The notes below the pieces were generated by a model. That model saw only the letters and a list, made by a program, of their open reading frames with translations, was not told the origin of the DNA and made no database searches. From a virus (lineage: Duplodnaviria; Caudoviricetes), in the IMG/VR virus record IMGVR_UViG_3300020594_000244, positions 1-34,557 of that record: a stretch of DNA of 34,557 nucleotides. One strand, written 5' to 3'. Positions 16,735 to 25,827 of the stretch are shown here, piece by piece; the first letter of the stretch is position 1, and the number at the start of each line of letters is the position of its first letter. The position numbers and the translations under genes were made by a program.

Positions 16735-17102
16735 CAGCTCTTCGACAATGCGTCCTCGATCATCCGGTCCATCATCGCCCGCTGCGCCTTCGTCATAAAA
16801 AAACCGCGAATGGCACCGCCGATCTGGCCGAGGTCGACGGGGTCGAGCTCGTTCGCCTTTTCTTCGATGATGACCGGATTGCTGATGCGCGGGATCAGTT
16901 TGAGGATGGTGGTAACGTCGGCGTTCACCAAATCATCGAGCGACAGGCCGCGCAGCTCGCCGGACTTCGGCTTGCGGAGCGTGATCGAGGCGATCGGTGT
17001 GTCGCCCAGTGCCAACGGTTCCTCGAGGTCGACGGTGATGAACTGGCCGTTTGCCTTTGGTTCTTCGGCGACGGGCGCGTCGGTCTGCGATTCGTGGGGC
17101 AT
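16734..17102 (-). CDS. gpE: Tail assembly chaperone E
   Basis: ITLRKPKSGELRGLSL...LIPRISNP...LDPVDL...GFF. Confidence 0.9.
   Translation of the reverse strand: MPHESQTDAPVAEEPKANGQFITVDLEEPLALGDTPIASITLRKPKSGELRGLSLDDLVNADVTTILKLIPRISNPVIIEEKANELDPVDLGQIGGAIRGFFMTKAQRAMMDRMIEDALSKS
16795..16805 (-). other. Programmed -1 frameshift slippery site GGTTTTTTTAT joining E to E'
   Basis: T7 run; the -1 frame is open (FFYDEGAAGDDGPDDRGRIVEELMADIAA) into the E' ATG. Confidence 0.85.
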
Positions 17103-17220
17103 CAGCGGGGTCCTTGCAGGTCGCGGGGCGGGACGGGGCGGCGGGGAGAAAAGAAGAGACCCGCCGCCCCTGACCGCCGCCATCCGCCCCGCAATGTTGG
17201 ACGGCGGCGGCGTTCGGGGA

Positions 17221-17730
17221 TCAGAGGCCGATCGCGGAGCGGATTTCGGCGTAGCGGTCGACGCCATCGACGATGTAGATCGCATTGAGCATGTCGATCT
17301 CTATCTCGGTGCGGCCGTTGATGTTGAGCTTGTAATAGGCGAGCGGCATCTTGCCCTTATGCTTGGTGTCCTCGCCCGCCTTGGCATTGCCCATGTCGAT
17401 CTCTTCCCAGCGGCCGCGCATGACGATTTCGACCTGGTCGACGTTGCTGCCGTCGTCGCTCTGATAGGCACCGACAAGGCGCAGCAGGACGCCGTCGACC
17501 GACGCAGAGCCCATTTGGCGCAACATCTGGCGGACGATGCCGCCGACGGTCGCTTCGGCCTCCATCATCTGAAGGCCGTTGTCGATCTTGACCGGGCCGA
17601 GCATGCCGCCGGCGCGCCATTCGTCCATCGCGTGCGCGATTTTGGGCTGCGCGAACTCGTCGACGACGCCCATATAGCTGTTGCCCTCATTATAGAGATT
17701 GTAGTTCTTGAGCTTCTTCGCGAGGCCCAT
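17221..17730 (-). CDS. gpFII: Major tail tube protein
   Basis: MGLAKKLKNYNLYNEG...RAGGMLGPV...EIDMLN...VDGVDRYAEIRSAIGL. Confidence 0.95.
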   Translation of the reverse strand: MGLAKKLKNYNLYNEGNSYMGVVDEFAQPKIAHAMDEWRAGGMLGPVKIDNGLQMMEAEATVGGIVRQMLRQMGSASVDGVLLRLVGAYQSDDGSNVDQVEIVMRGRWEEIDMGNAKAGEDTKHKGKMPLAYYKLNINGRTEIEIDMLNAIYIVDGVDRYAEIRSAIGL

Positions 17731-17768
17731 GGCCGTTTCCTTTCGGGTCTAGAGGGCAGGACGGGCGA

Positions 17769-18929
17769 TCAGCCGTTGAGCTGGTCGCCGAAGCCCGCGT
17801 AATATTTGTCGGTGATCCGCTGGTTGAGCGTGATGTCCTCCGCCGGGGCGCAGGGGGTGAAATCATAGTCGATCACGAGCTTGCCCGCGGCGAGCTGGCT
17901 CGCTTCGTTGAGCGCCGGGTCGAACCACGCCTTGCCGTCGATGATGCGCCCGTCGGCCTTCAGGCGGCGGAAGGCGGCGTTGATCGTTTCGATGATGTCG
18001 CGCACCAGGCTGACCGTCATCGGCTTGTCGACCGCCCAGGCGAGCCCCTCGGCGATCGAATCCTGCAGCGCCTGGCTGGTGCGCACGGCGCTTTCGAAGA
18101 CATAGGAGGGATCGGCCTCGCCCGCGCAGGTGCGGTTGCCCCAGAAGCGGAAGCCGGTCATCCGCACGATCGTGGTCACGTCGCCGGCGTTGAGCAGGCC
18201 CGCGGGGGTCGTATCGTCCTGCAGGTCGAAGTGAACCGACTTGCTGATGCCGGTGACGCCATCGACGGCGACATTCGACAGCGTCTTGTGCCAGCCCTGT
18301 TCCTGATCGATGCGGGCGCGCAGGCCGAGGGCGCGTGCGACGGCATCGCCTTCGAAATCGCCGGTGAAATCGGGCCAGATCAGCATCAGCTCGCGCGCCG
18401 AAAAGATTTCGCGATAGGTGATGGCGTCGGCGATGGTTTCCGCCGGCACGCCGGCATAAACGAAACCGCGCAGCTTCTTCGCGACGACGACGAGCGCGGA
18501 GGTCACGTCCTCGGTATCGAGGCCCGGCGCGCCGAGCACGCGCGGCCGCACGCCGAGCTGCACTTCGGCGTCCAGCAACGCCTGCATACCGGTCGCGATG
18601 CCGTCGGCGCCCACGGTGCCGATGACGTTGGTCTCGGTCGCCGCATCGTCCATCCCTTCGGCGACGCGGACGATGACGAGGATCGGGCTGGTCTGGTCGG
18701 CAATCGCCTCGAGCGCTGGCTTGAGCGTTCCGCCGGTGCCGGCATCGCCGATCGCGGCGCGGATGTCGGCGACGAGCACCGGCGTGTCGAGCGGGAAGGC
18801 TGCGTCGAGCGCATCGGCCGCCTCGCCTTCGTCAGCGGTCGCGGTGACCACCATGCCGATGATCGCGGTCGAAACGATGTTGATGGCGCGGGTGCCGCTG
18901 GTCAGCAAATTGGTCTTGATGCCGTGCAT
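17769..18929 (-). CDS. gpFI: Tail sheath protein
   Basis: MHGIK..., PRVLGAPGLD, GWHKTLSNV, GFRFWGNRTC, IDYDFTP. Confidence 0.96.
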   Translation of the reverse strand: MHGIKTNLLTSGTRAINIVSTAIIGMVVTATADEGEAADALDAAFPLDTPVLVADIRAAIGDAGTGGTLKPALEAIADQTSPILVIVRVAEGMDDAATETNVIGTVGADGIATGMQALLDAEVQLGVRPRVLGAPGLDTEDVTSALVVVAKKLRGFVYAGVPAETIADAITYREIFSARELMLIWPDFTGDFEGDAVARALGLRARIDQEQGWHKTLSNVAVDGVTGISKSVHFDLQDDTTPAGLLNAGDVTTIVRMTGFRFWGNRTCAGEADPSYVFESAVRTSQALQDSIAEGLAWAVDKPMTVSLVRDIIETINAAFRRLKADGRIIDGKAWFDPALNEASQLAAGKLVIDYDFTPCAPAEDITLNQRITDKYYAGFGDQLNG

Positions 18930-18945
18930 GGCAAATTCCTTTCGG

Positions 18946-19314
18946 TCAGGCGGGGGCGACGCCGCCCCGGCGAATGGGGATGGACAGCAGGACGCGGTCG
19001 TTGGCGGCGGGCAGGTCGCGGCGCTCGCCCTCGATATCGACGGCGACCTTGCCGTCGCGATTGTCGGTCGAGACGCCGACGCGCGTGATCTTGAGCCGCG
19101 GTTCCCAGCGCGACAGCGCGACGGCGGTGGCGGCGAAGATCAGCTGGCGGGTGATCGAATTGGCGGGCTGGTCGATCAGGTCGGGCAGCATCGACCCATA
19201 GTCGCGGCGCATAACGCGACTGCCGATCGGGGTCGACAAAATGTCGCCGATCGACTGCGACAGGTGCGCGTTGCCGTCGAGCGCGCGGCCGCTGGCTGCT
19301 TCGACGCCGATCAT
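18946..19314 (-). CDS. gpW: Baseplate wedge protein W (GPW/gp25)
   Basis: HLSQSIGDILSTPIGSRVMRRDYGS...WEPR. Confidence 0.95.
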   Translation of the reverse strand: MIGVEAASGRALDGNAHLSQSIGDILSTPIGSRVMRRDYGSMLPDLIDQPANSITRQLIFAATAVALSRWEPRLKITRVGVSTDNRDGKVAVDIEGERRDLPAANDRVLLSIPIRRGGVAPA

Positions 19315-19874
19315 TGCGGCGGCCCCGAAACGCCGCCGCCCGCGGTGACGCCCGTATGCTTGTGATCTTTCAGGCTCTTGCCGCCGCCGACGACGTCGGT
19401 ATCGGCGGTCACGGTGCCGGTGACCGACAGATCGCCGTCGATCGCGACATTGCCGGTGATGTTGAGCTGATCGGCGGTGATGTTCGCGGTGGCGCCGGCG
19501 GGCAGATCTGCAGTCAGGACGTGACCTTCGGGATCATAGGCCAAGCGCGCGCCGTCGGCGAAGCGGATGACCTCTTCGGCGCTATTGCCAACGGGCGGGA
19601 ATTGGTCGCTGGTCAGGCCGGGGAGGAAGATACCCTGTGCGATGTCGCCCCAGGGACAGAACAGGACGCCCTGCTCGCCGACGCTCGGCGATGTCCAGAC
19701 GCCGGTTTCGCCCTGCCGTCCGACAAGCCACGGAAGCGGCGGCGATTCGACGTCATTCCCATCCTCGCTGGCATAGTGGAGCGTGCAGCGCGCCGCGCCC
19801 TGATCGACGCTCGCAACGACGGCAACGCGGATCAGCGCGGCAGGATCGAACGGGATGTCTTCGGGCGCGGCCAT
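19311..19874 (-). CDS. gpV: Baseplate spike protein V
   Basis: PSVGEQG, FADGARLAYD, C-terminal SLKDHKHTGVTAGG (HxH tip). Confidence 0.95.
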   Translation of the reverse strand: MAAPEDIPFDPAALIRVAVVASVDQGAARCTLHYASEDGNDVESPPLPWLVGRQGETGVWTSPSVGEQGVLFCPWGDIAQGIFLPGLTSDQFPPVGNSAEEVIRFADGARLAYDPEGHVLTADLPAGATANITADQLNITGNVAIDGDLSVTGTVTADTDVVGGGKSLKDHKHTGVTAGGGVSGPPQ

Positions 19875-19917
19875 AGGGTGCCAGAAAGCGGTCGGCGCGC
19901 GCGAAGGCCAGAGGCTG

Positions 19918-19942
19918 GCGTTGTAAGGGGCGGTTTTACAAC
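19918..19942. promoter_or_regulatory. Late promoter activator site (Ogr-type) upstream of V
   Basis: GCGTTGTA-AGGGGCGGTTT-TACAAC. Confidence 0.8.
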
Positions 19943-19959
19943 CGACAAATCGGGCCCTG

Positions 19960-21363
19960 CTATTTGAAGAAGCGGCCCCAAACCCAAATGTTGGCGATCA
20001 CATTCAGGAATCGCGCCGGGTCGAGCCGCACGGGGCAGCCCGACAGGCTGATGTGACCGCTGTAGCTTGCATCGAGAATGAAAGCCCCTCTGTCGAGGTA
20101 GAAGTCCATATAGGCGTCGGGAGCCGCGACGAGCGTGTTCGTCTGGTCATAGAAATAGACATGACAGCTGGTCGTTGATTGGGGGCTGACGACAGCGCGA
20201 CGGAGTTCGGTGGTGCTCTTGAAGAAGTCCTGCGCGATCGCATAGTCTTCCTCGAGGATGGCCGGGTGCGTGATTTCCAGATGGTTGCCGTTCCACACCG
20301 CCGCCCAGCGACCCACGCCGCCGCGCTGCGCATCGCCATCGGCGATGTTCCAGTTCGCACCGTCATAGGTGAAATGCGCGTCGCACTTGGCGATCGCCGA
20401 AATGCGCGTCGTGTTGGCATTGACGCGCCGCACCGCAAGGCTGACCGGAGTGCGATAGCGCGTCGCGACGCCGGCCTGATAGTTGAATTGCGCGATCGGC
20501 AGATTGTTGGCGAGAAGCGTGTTGTGGGTGACTTCCCACTCCAAGTTGACCGCGTCCCACGTCACCGCGCAATCGGGGGTCAAATAGCTGTTTCCTCCGG
20601 TGATCGCGGGGGCGGCCAGCGCGGAAAAGACAAGGTTGAACTCGCCGGTAAGGGTGATCCTGGTATCGTTGAGGTTCGATGAAACACCCGGCGTCACGCC
20701 CATCTGACTGAAGGTCTCATCGGGCAGCGCGAAGGCCGACACATTCTTGCCGCGCGGGCTGTCGTGGTGCAGCGTGATGGTCTGCGGGGCCGTGACGTTG
20801 ACGTCGATCGCATTGTAGCCGACGCTGGCATGGTTGGCGTCGTCGAAAATCGCCCATTCGCCGATCTCTTCGCGCGCGCCGATCACGCATCCGACATCGA
20901 TATATTCTTCGGCCTTGATGTTCACGGTCTGAAACGCGGGCGCGGCCGTCACGGGCCGAGGCATCTTATCGACGAATTGCTGCAGATTTTCGCCGGATTG
21001 CGTCCGCACGATGGCCGCGCCGCCCGGGGCGTCGAGAGCCGCAACGGTCGCTTCCTGATAGAGCAGGGTCGATCCCTCGGCATCGCGGCGCCTGACGTCC
21101 GCCATGCCGGTCGCGGAGGACACCAGCTTGAAAAAGACATTTTCGGCCACCGCCGCTTCGGCCACGGCGAGAGCGACGTCGACGAAGATGTTTTGCGGCT
21201 GAACCAGGTCGGCCGCCTGGTCGCGGGCGAGCTCGGCGCCCTGGGCGATATAGGCCAGATGGTCCGCAGGGTTGATCGAGCGCGTTTCGCCGTCCTGGAC
21301 GAGCGGCACGGTTTCGTCGCCCGTCAGCGGGTCCGCGGCAGGCAGAGCGGATATCTTGGCCAT
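19960..21363 (-). CDS. Additional tail receptor-binding/appendage protein
   Basis: N-term MAKISALPAADPLTGDETVPLVQDGET; beta-rich C-terminal region; last gene of the J operon. Confidence 0.7.
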   Translation of the reverse strand: MAKISALPAADPLTGDETVPLVQDGETRSINPADHLAYIAQGAELARDQAADLVQPQNIFVDVALAVAEAAVAENVFFKLVSSATGMADVRRRDAEGSTLLYQEATVAALDAPGGAAIVRTQSGENLQQFVDKMPRPVTAAPAFQTVNIKAEEYIDVGCVIGAREEIGEWAIFDDANHASVGYNAIDVNVTAPQTITLHHDSPRGKNVSAFALPDETFSQMGVTPGVSSNLNDTRITLTGEFNLVFSALAAPAITGGNSYLTPDCAVTWDAVNLEWEVTHNTLLANNLPIAQFNYQAGVATRYRTPVSLAVRRVNANTTRISAIAKCDAHFTYDGANWNIADGDAQRGGVGRWAAVWNGNHLEITHPAILEEDYAIAQDFFKSTTELRRAVVSPQSTTSCHVYFYDQTNTLVAAPDAYMDFYLDRGAFILDASYSGHISLSGCPVRLDPARFLNVIANIWVWGRFFK

Positions 21364-21398
21364 TGGTCAACCTCTTGTTGGAAATGGAGCGGCAGCGG

Positions 21399-21836
21399 TC
21401 ATCCGGCGGGTGAGGCGGAGACGATCTCGCCGCTTTCGTCGAGCCATGCCGGACGCGCGGGCCAGATGACGCTGTCAAAGGGCGCGGCGAGATCGAGGGT
21501 GGATGGAAGGTCGCGGAGCGCCTCGCGCCACGGCAGCAGCTCTTCGCGCTGGGCAGCCGTGATCGGAAAATCGGAGACGGCAACCAGTTTGTCGGTCACC
21601 GCAAGCAGACGATCGCGTTGCCGGCGAATGATTGCGAGCTGATCGGTAGGCGAGGGCGGAGGCGGGGCGATCGCCTGGACCTCACCGGCGACTACCGCGA
21701 TGAGCTTCCCCTCTGCCTGCGCCTCAAGCAACTCGCGATGGGACGCGGCAGAGATCTGGATCGCGTCGAGAGGAAGATCGCGATGCAGAGCGTCGTCGAA
21801 GAAGCCGCCGACGGCGGGACTGAAAAAGCATGTCAT
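21399..21836 (-). CDS. Tail fibre assembly chaperone (G/Tfa-like)
   Basis: FFSPAVGGFFD...IRRQRDRLL...WREALRDLP...IWPARP. Confidence 0.85.
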   Translation of the reverse strand: MTCFFSPAVGGFFDDALHRDLPLDAIQISAASHRELLEAQAEGKLIAVVAGEVQAIAPPPPSPTDQLAIIRRQRDRLLAVTDKLVAVSDFPITAAQREELLPWREALRDLPSTLDLAAPFDSVIWPARPAWLDESGEIVSASPAG

Positions 21837-22903
21837 GACAGGTCGATCCTTCCGATTGCGAGATAGCAGCCCGGATCGTTCTGCTGATTGGCGTTGATGA
21901 TCGAGAAGCCGTTCGCGGTGATGCTGGAAGGGTCCACAGCCGGCCAGTTGTCCTGCGCGTCGTTGTTCGTATCCTGTGTGCCGCCAGCAACAACCGAATA
22001 GGCGGGAGAGCTGAAGCTGGTCGGAAAGCTGACCGGTGTGCTGGCGTTGGTCGCGGCAGTGTAGCGTCCCCACTGTATCATCACCGTGTTCGCGGGGTCA
22101 GCGCCCGGAATCGTCGCATAACCGCTGGTGCCCAGCGACTTCATGATGGGGCCGAGCGCTTCGGGGGTCAGCGCAACATCGCTGGCCGTGCCGGTCCGCG
22201 CCTGTGCCTGCGAGGCTGCCACGACATTGATCTGGCGATCGGCGGAAAGATCGCCGCCACCGCTAGCCAGTCCGGCGCCGGTGATCGTTCTACCGGTAAG
22301 CGTTGCGATCGAATTGTTGGTCGCGGCGGTGAGTGCCGCGATGGCGGCGTCGATCAGCGCCACAGCGGCATCGAGAACGCGCCTGACCTTCTTCGGCGAC
22401 ATGGCGGTCGCATCATCGATGCCGGCGTCGGCTTCGTCATTGTCGGAAATCTCCACGACGCCGGGGACGGTTTCGGTGGCGGGCGGGTTGTTGAAGAGGG
22501 GCTCGCCGAACTCGATGACCGCGGCGAGGTCCGCGGCGAGCGTAATGTCGATCGCGAACAGGCTGGTCGCGAGCTCGGCCTTCGACAGGATCGGATCGGC
22601 TTCGGCGCTGTGGACCGCGATCAGCGTGCCGTCTCCGTCGAAGAGGCCGAGGCCGGTCACGTCATAGGAAATCGGATCGGGGTCATAGGCGACGACGTGG
22701 ATGATATTCTCTGCGACCGCCTGTCCGCCGACGGTATCGATACGGCGGAATTCGCCCGGCAGCGCGGTCAGCGTCGGCGCCATTACGAACGGAGTGTTGG
22801 TCAGACCCAGCGCCTCGATCAACACCGTGTCGGTGCCGCCTTGCTGGGCGTTGACGATCGCGTCGAGGCCCGCATCGGTGATCATCATTTGCAAACCGGG
22901 CAT
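21833..22903 (-). CDS. gpH: Tail fibre protein H
   Basis: N-term ITDAG...GLFDGDGTLIAV; PATETVPGVVEIS...MSPKK repeat; C-terminal MIQWG...VSFPTSF. Confidence 0.88.
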   Translation of the reverse strand: MPGLQMMITDAGLDAIVNAQQGGTDTVLIEALGLTNTPFVMAPTLTALPGEFRRIDTVGGQAVAENIIHVVAYDPDPISYDVTGLGLFDGDGTLIAVHSAEADPILSKAELATSLFAIDITLAADLAAVIEFGEPLFNNPPATETVPGVVEISDNDEADAGIDDATAMSPKKVRRVLDAAVALIDAAIAALTAATNNSIATLTGRTITGAGLASGGGDLSADRQINVVAASQAQARTGTASDVALTPEALGPIMKSLGTSGYATIPGADPANTVMIQWGRYTAATNASTPVSFPTSFSSPAYSVVAGGTQDTNNDAQDNWPAVDPSSITANGFSIINANQQNDPGCYLAIGRIDLS

Positions 22904-23559
22904 TAATCCTGCTCCAGAAATTCGCCATTGTCATCGGACAATGGTTCGCCATCCTCGGTCTGCAGCAGCTGCGCCCAGAGGGGATCGTCGTCGTGAGCCG
23001 CCGTCAGCGTCGCGCGGCTGAAGGTGGCGAGATTGGCCCCGCTACCGAGCCAGCCGGCGGCCTGCGCCTCGAGCGACTGGATGAAGGTGAAATGGCTGCG
23101 CGCCGGTTTGGCGGCGGCGACGTCGCGGATGATCGCCGCCGCGGTTTCGCTGGTCAGGAAACTCGCGGGGATGTCGGCGGCTGGTGCGCGAACTTCGAAC
23201 GTATGGGCGGCGCCGCGGGGGCTGGTTTCCCACCATTCGGCGATCTGCAACAGCGGATGAAAGCGGTCGAGCGCTTCGCGGACGGCTGCGCGCGTGCCCT
23301 TTCGCCGATGGAAGGGGATGGCGTCGGCAATCGCCGCCCGCTTCTGGGCCTCGGTCCAGTTCGCGTCCCAGAACGGAATGGCGAGCCCCCAGGCGAGATA
23401 GGGGAGCACGGCGGCGGGGCAGGTCGCCGGATTCCACAGCGAGCCAACGTCCGACAGATCGATGTCGGCGCGCATCGCGTCCTCGAGCGCACGCTCGGGA
23501 TCGGTCGCGTTTGGCGGCAGCAGGCTCCGCGCGAGCAGATCGGGATCCAGCGCGCTCAT
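22903..23559 (-). CDS. gpI: Tail/baseplate protein I
   Basis: SLLPPNAT, WNPATCP..LPYLAW, HRRKGT, EWWE, KPARSH. Confidence 0.94.
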   Translation of the reverse strand: MSALDPDLLARSLLPPNATDPERALEDAMRADIDLSDVGSLWNPATCPAAVLPYLAWGLAIPFWDANWTEAQKRAAIADAIPFHRRKGTRAAVREALDRFHPLLQIAEWWETSPRGAAHTFEVRAPAADIPASFLTSETAAAIIRDVAAAKPARSHFTFIQSLEAQAAGWLGSGANLATFSRATLTAAHDDDPLWAQLLQTEDGEPLSDDNGEFLEQD

Positions 23560-24461
23560 TCGTCGACCCCGGCATAGGTGAGCGTGATATCGTCGCACCA
23601 GGCAGCCTGCAGCATGGTCATCACCTGATCGGCGGCAGGCGAAACGATCTCTACGCGCTGGACGCCGGCGACATGGATCGCGGCAATGATCGCGGATCGT
23701 GGAATGTCGCGGCCGAGTCGCCGCGCCTTGGAAAGATATGCGTCTAGCGACGCTTCGGCGGCCTCGACGATCAGGTTGGGATCGGGACCCGCGTAGAGCC
23801 AGATGTTCGCCTCGATCGCAAAGGAGACGATATCGGCGGACTGGACGATGACTTCGTCGGTGAGCGGGCGGACCTCGTCATCGGTCAGCACGGCCTCGAC
23901 AGCCGCGAGAGTTCCCGCCGGCGCGGTTCCGTCGCCGGTGCGGGACAGGACCGAAACGACGACTTGCCCCGGCGTCGGCGATGTCGCGCTGGCATCGAGG
24001 ACGTCGCTCGATGCCGAGAGGGCGTGATAGACATAGGCGCGCTCGGGACCGGCGACGCTGAAACTGTGCGGGGCGAGCAGGATGCGCGCCCGAAATTCGC
24101 TGTCACTCTCCATCACCGCCGCGGCGCCGGTTTCGGGATCGGCGGGCGTCAGCTCGAGGCGGACGACGCCCAGGAGCGCGCCGAGCTGATCGAGATTGGC
24201 GCCGGCGGCAAAGGCGAGCAGCATCTGCCGCGCCGCATCGTTGCACGCCTGCGCGAGCAGCTGCTCGTCATAGCTGTCGGATTCGAGCAGCTTGATCGCG
24301 GGATCGCTCTCGACCAGCGCGTCGAATGCGGGAAGGGTAGTGATCAGCCGCGCGATCTTGGCCGCGAGCCGCGCCTCGAAGTCGCTCTGCGGCACGAGGT
24401 CGGGCGGCGGAAGCGCCGACAGGTCGACGGCGGAGGAGGTCGCTATGGACGAAATCGGCAT
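23556..24461 (-). CDS. gpJ: Baseplate J protein
   Basis: DLSALPPP, ESDP, GANLDQLG, SVAGPERAY, VRPLTD. Confidence 0.95.
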   Translation of the reverse strand: MPISSIATSSAVDLSALPPPDLVPQSDFEARLAAKIARLITTLPAFDALVESDPAIKLLESDSYDEQLLAQACNDAARQMLLAFAAGANLDQLGALLGVVRLELTPADPETGAAAVMESDSEFRARILLAPHSFSVAGPERAYVYHALSASSDVLDASATSPTPGQVVVSVLSRTGDGTAPAGTLAAVEAVLTDDEVRPLTDEVIVQSADIVSFAIEANIWLYAGPDPNLIVEAAEASLDAYLSKARRLGRDIPRSAIIAAIHVAGVQRVEIVSPAADQVMTMLQAAWCDDITLTYAGVDE

Positions 24462-24505
24462 GGAGGGCAGGACAAGCGCAAAGCCCCCGCGCGCGCCAGC
24501 TTTGG

Positions 24506-24532
24506 GCGTTGTAGGCGGCGGGTTTACAACGC
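24506..24532. promoter_or_regulatory. Late promoter activator site (Ogr-type) upstream of J
   Basis: GCGTTGTA-GGCGGCGGGTT-TACAACGC. Confidence 0.8.
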
Positions 24533-24551
24533 GGCGCGCTTGTCGATCGGG

Positions 24552-25013
24552 TCAGGTTTCGCGGTCGAGATGCTTCGCCACGGCATCGAACGCCATCGCC
24601 TCGTCGTCGCGGCCGATGCCGAGCAGGCGGCGCGCGACATAGCGGGTGCGGATCGTTCGGCCGTCGCGGGTGCGGCCGACTTCATCGACTTCGCCGAAAT
24701 GATGGACCTTCGCCACCTGTTGCGCCTGGCCGATGAAGCCGACGCTGACCTGATCGGCGGTCGGGCGCACCTTGAGCACGCGCGCCATGCGCAGGCGACG
24801 GAACATCTTGCCGCGCTTCGATGCGCCGTCGCGCGGACGGCGCGGCTCCATCGGAGTTCCGTCTGGCTCGACGTTCGCGGCAATGCGGGCGCTGTTCGAG
24901 CGGCGGAGCGACTGGCCGATCTTCGACAGCAGGCGCTTGCGCTCGCGCGGCGACAGCGCCTCGACGAAGCGGGAGAGGAAGCGTTCAAAAGCGGGGAAGT
25001 TGCTCTCGATCAT
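24552..25013 (-). CDS. gpS: Virion morphogenesis / tail completion protein S
   Basis: LRRSNSARIAANVEPDGTPMEPR, KMFRRL, AKVHHFG, RRLLG. Confidence 0.92.
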   Translation of the reverse strand: MIESNFPAFERFLSRFVEALSPRERKRLLSKIGQSLRRSNSARIAANVEPDGTPMEPRRPRDGASKRGKMFRRLRMARVLKVRPTADQVSVGFIGQAQQVAKVHHFGEVDEVGRTRDGRTIRTRYVARRLLGIGRDDEAMAFDAVAKHLDRET

Positions 25014-25510
25014 CCGGGCAGCGGGACGTCGGGAAGCAATCGCTCGCCGGCGAACCACAGATCCGACAGCGGCGGCATCGTCCCGCCCTCGCCAAGGCCG
25101 ATATCGTCGGCGAGCAGCGGGTCGGGTTCGTCGATGAAGTTCATGTCGAACCCGCCGTCGTCGCGCTTCACCGCGCGGACCTGTTCGGTCAGGCGCAGCG
25201 TGAATTGCAGGTCGACGCTGGCATTGTCGAGGAAATCGGCCTCGAAGGCGATCGCATCCTTGCCCGGGGTCAGCAGATCGGGCTGGTTGACGCGCAGCCA
25301 GTGCAGCGTCGCGATCATCAGCGGCGCCTGGTGCTTCGCATAGCCGAGCAGCAGGACGTTGAGACGATATGCGTAGCTGAAGTGAAAGGCGGCCGTCATC
25401 GGCGACTGCACCGCGCCCTCGTCGATCCAGAGGATCAGCTGTTGCGGATCGCGCGCGAGCTCGGGATCGATCGCGACAAGCGCGGCGCGCAGGCTGTCGG
25501 GCTTGTTCAT
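25010..25510 (-). CDS. gpR: Tail completion protein R
   Basis: MNKPDSLRAAL, YAYRLN, WLRVNQPDL, LRLTEQV. Confidence 0.93.
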   Translation of the reverse strand: MNKPDSLRAALVAIDPELARDPQQLILWIDEGAVQSPMTAAFHFSYAYRLNVLLLGYAKHQAPLMIATLHWLRVNQPDLLTPGKDAIAFEADFLDNASVDLQFTLRLTEQVRAVKRDDGGFDMNFIDEPDPLLADDIGLGEGGTMPPLSDLWFAGERLLPDVPLPG

Positions 25511-25827
25511 TCGATTCCCACCGGCTTGGGGCCGCAGTCAGTCGGCGAATTCGCGAAGCGGTTGTAGATCTGACACCAGCGCCACGCGACCGCGTCGCGG
25601 CGGTCGCCCCAATCGAGACGATCGCTGATCCAGTCCTCATAGGCCCGTTCGGACGTCGCTGCCGCCTCGGGCATTTCGGGCCGAGGCTGGCCTGCCTGGT
25701 CAGCCGCCAGTGTCGGCGGCGCCGGCGGCAGGTGCCGGACATCGGCGTCCCTGCCGCACGAGCTCGCGGCAAGCACGGGCGCGCTGGCGATCGCTAAGAG
25801 GGCGATCGGGAAGCGGGGCTGTTTCAT
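25507..25827 (-). CDS. Outer-membrane lipoprotein spanin (o-spanin) candidate
   Basis: Signal peptide MKQPRFPIALLAIASAPVLAASSC then Pro-rich; starts inside the i-spanin in another frame. Confidence 0.65.
   Translation of the reverse strand: MKQPRFPIALLAIASAPVLAASSCGRDADVRHLPPAPPTLAADQAGQPRPEMPEAAATSERAYEDWISDRLDWGDRRDAVAWRWCQIYNRFANSPTDCGPKPVGIE

Noticed and set aside
19960-22903. Tail-fibre diversification by invertase or diversity-generating retroelement
   Set aside because: No recombinase, reverse transcriptase, inverted duplicate fibre end or TR/VR repeat pair seen
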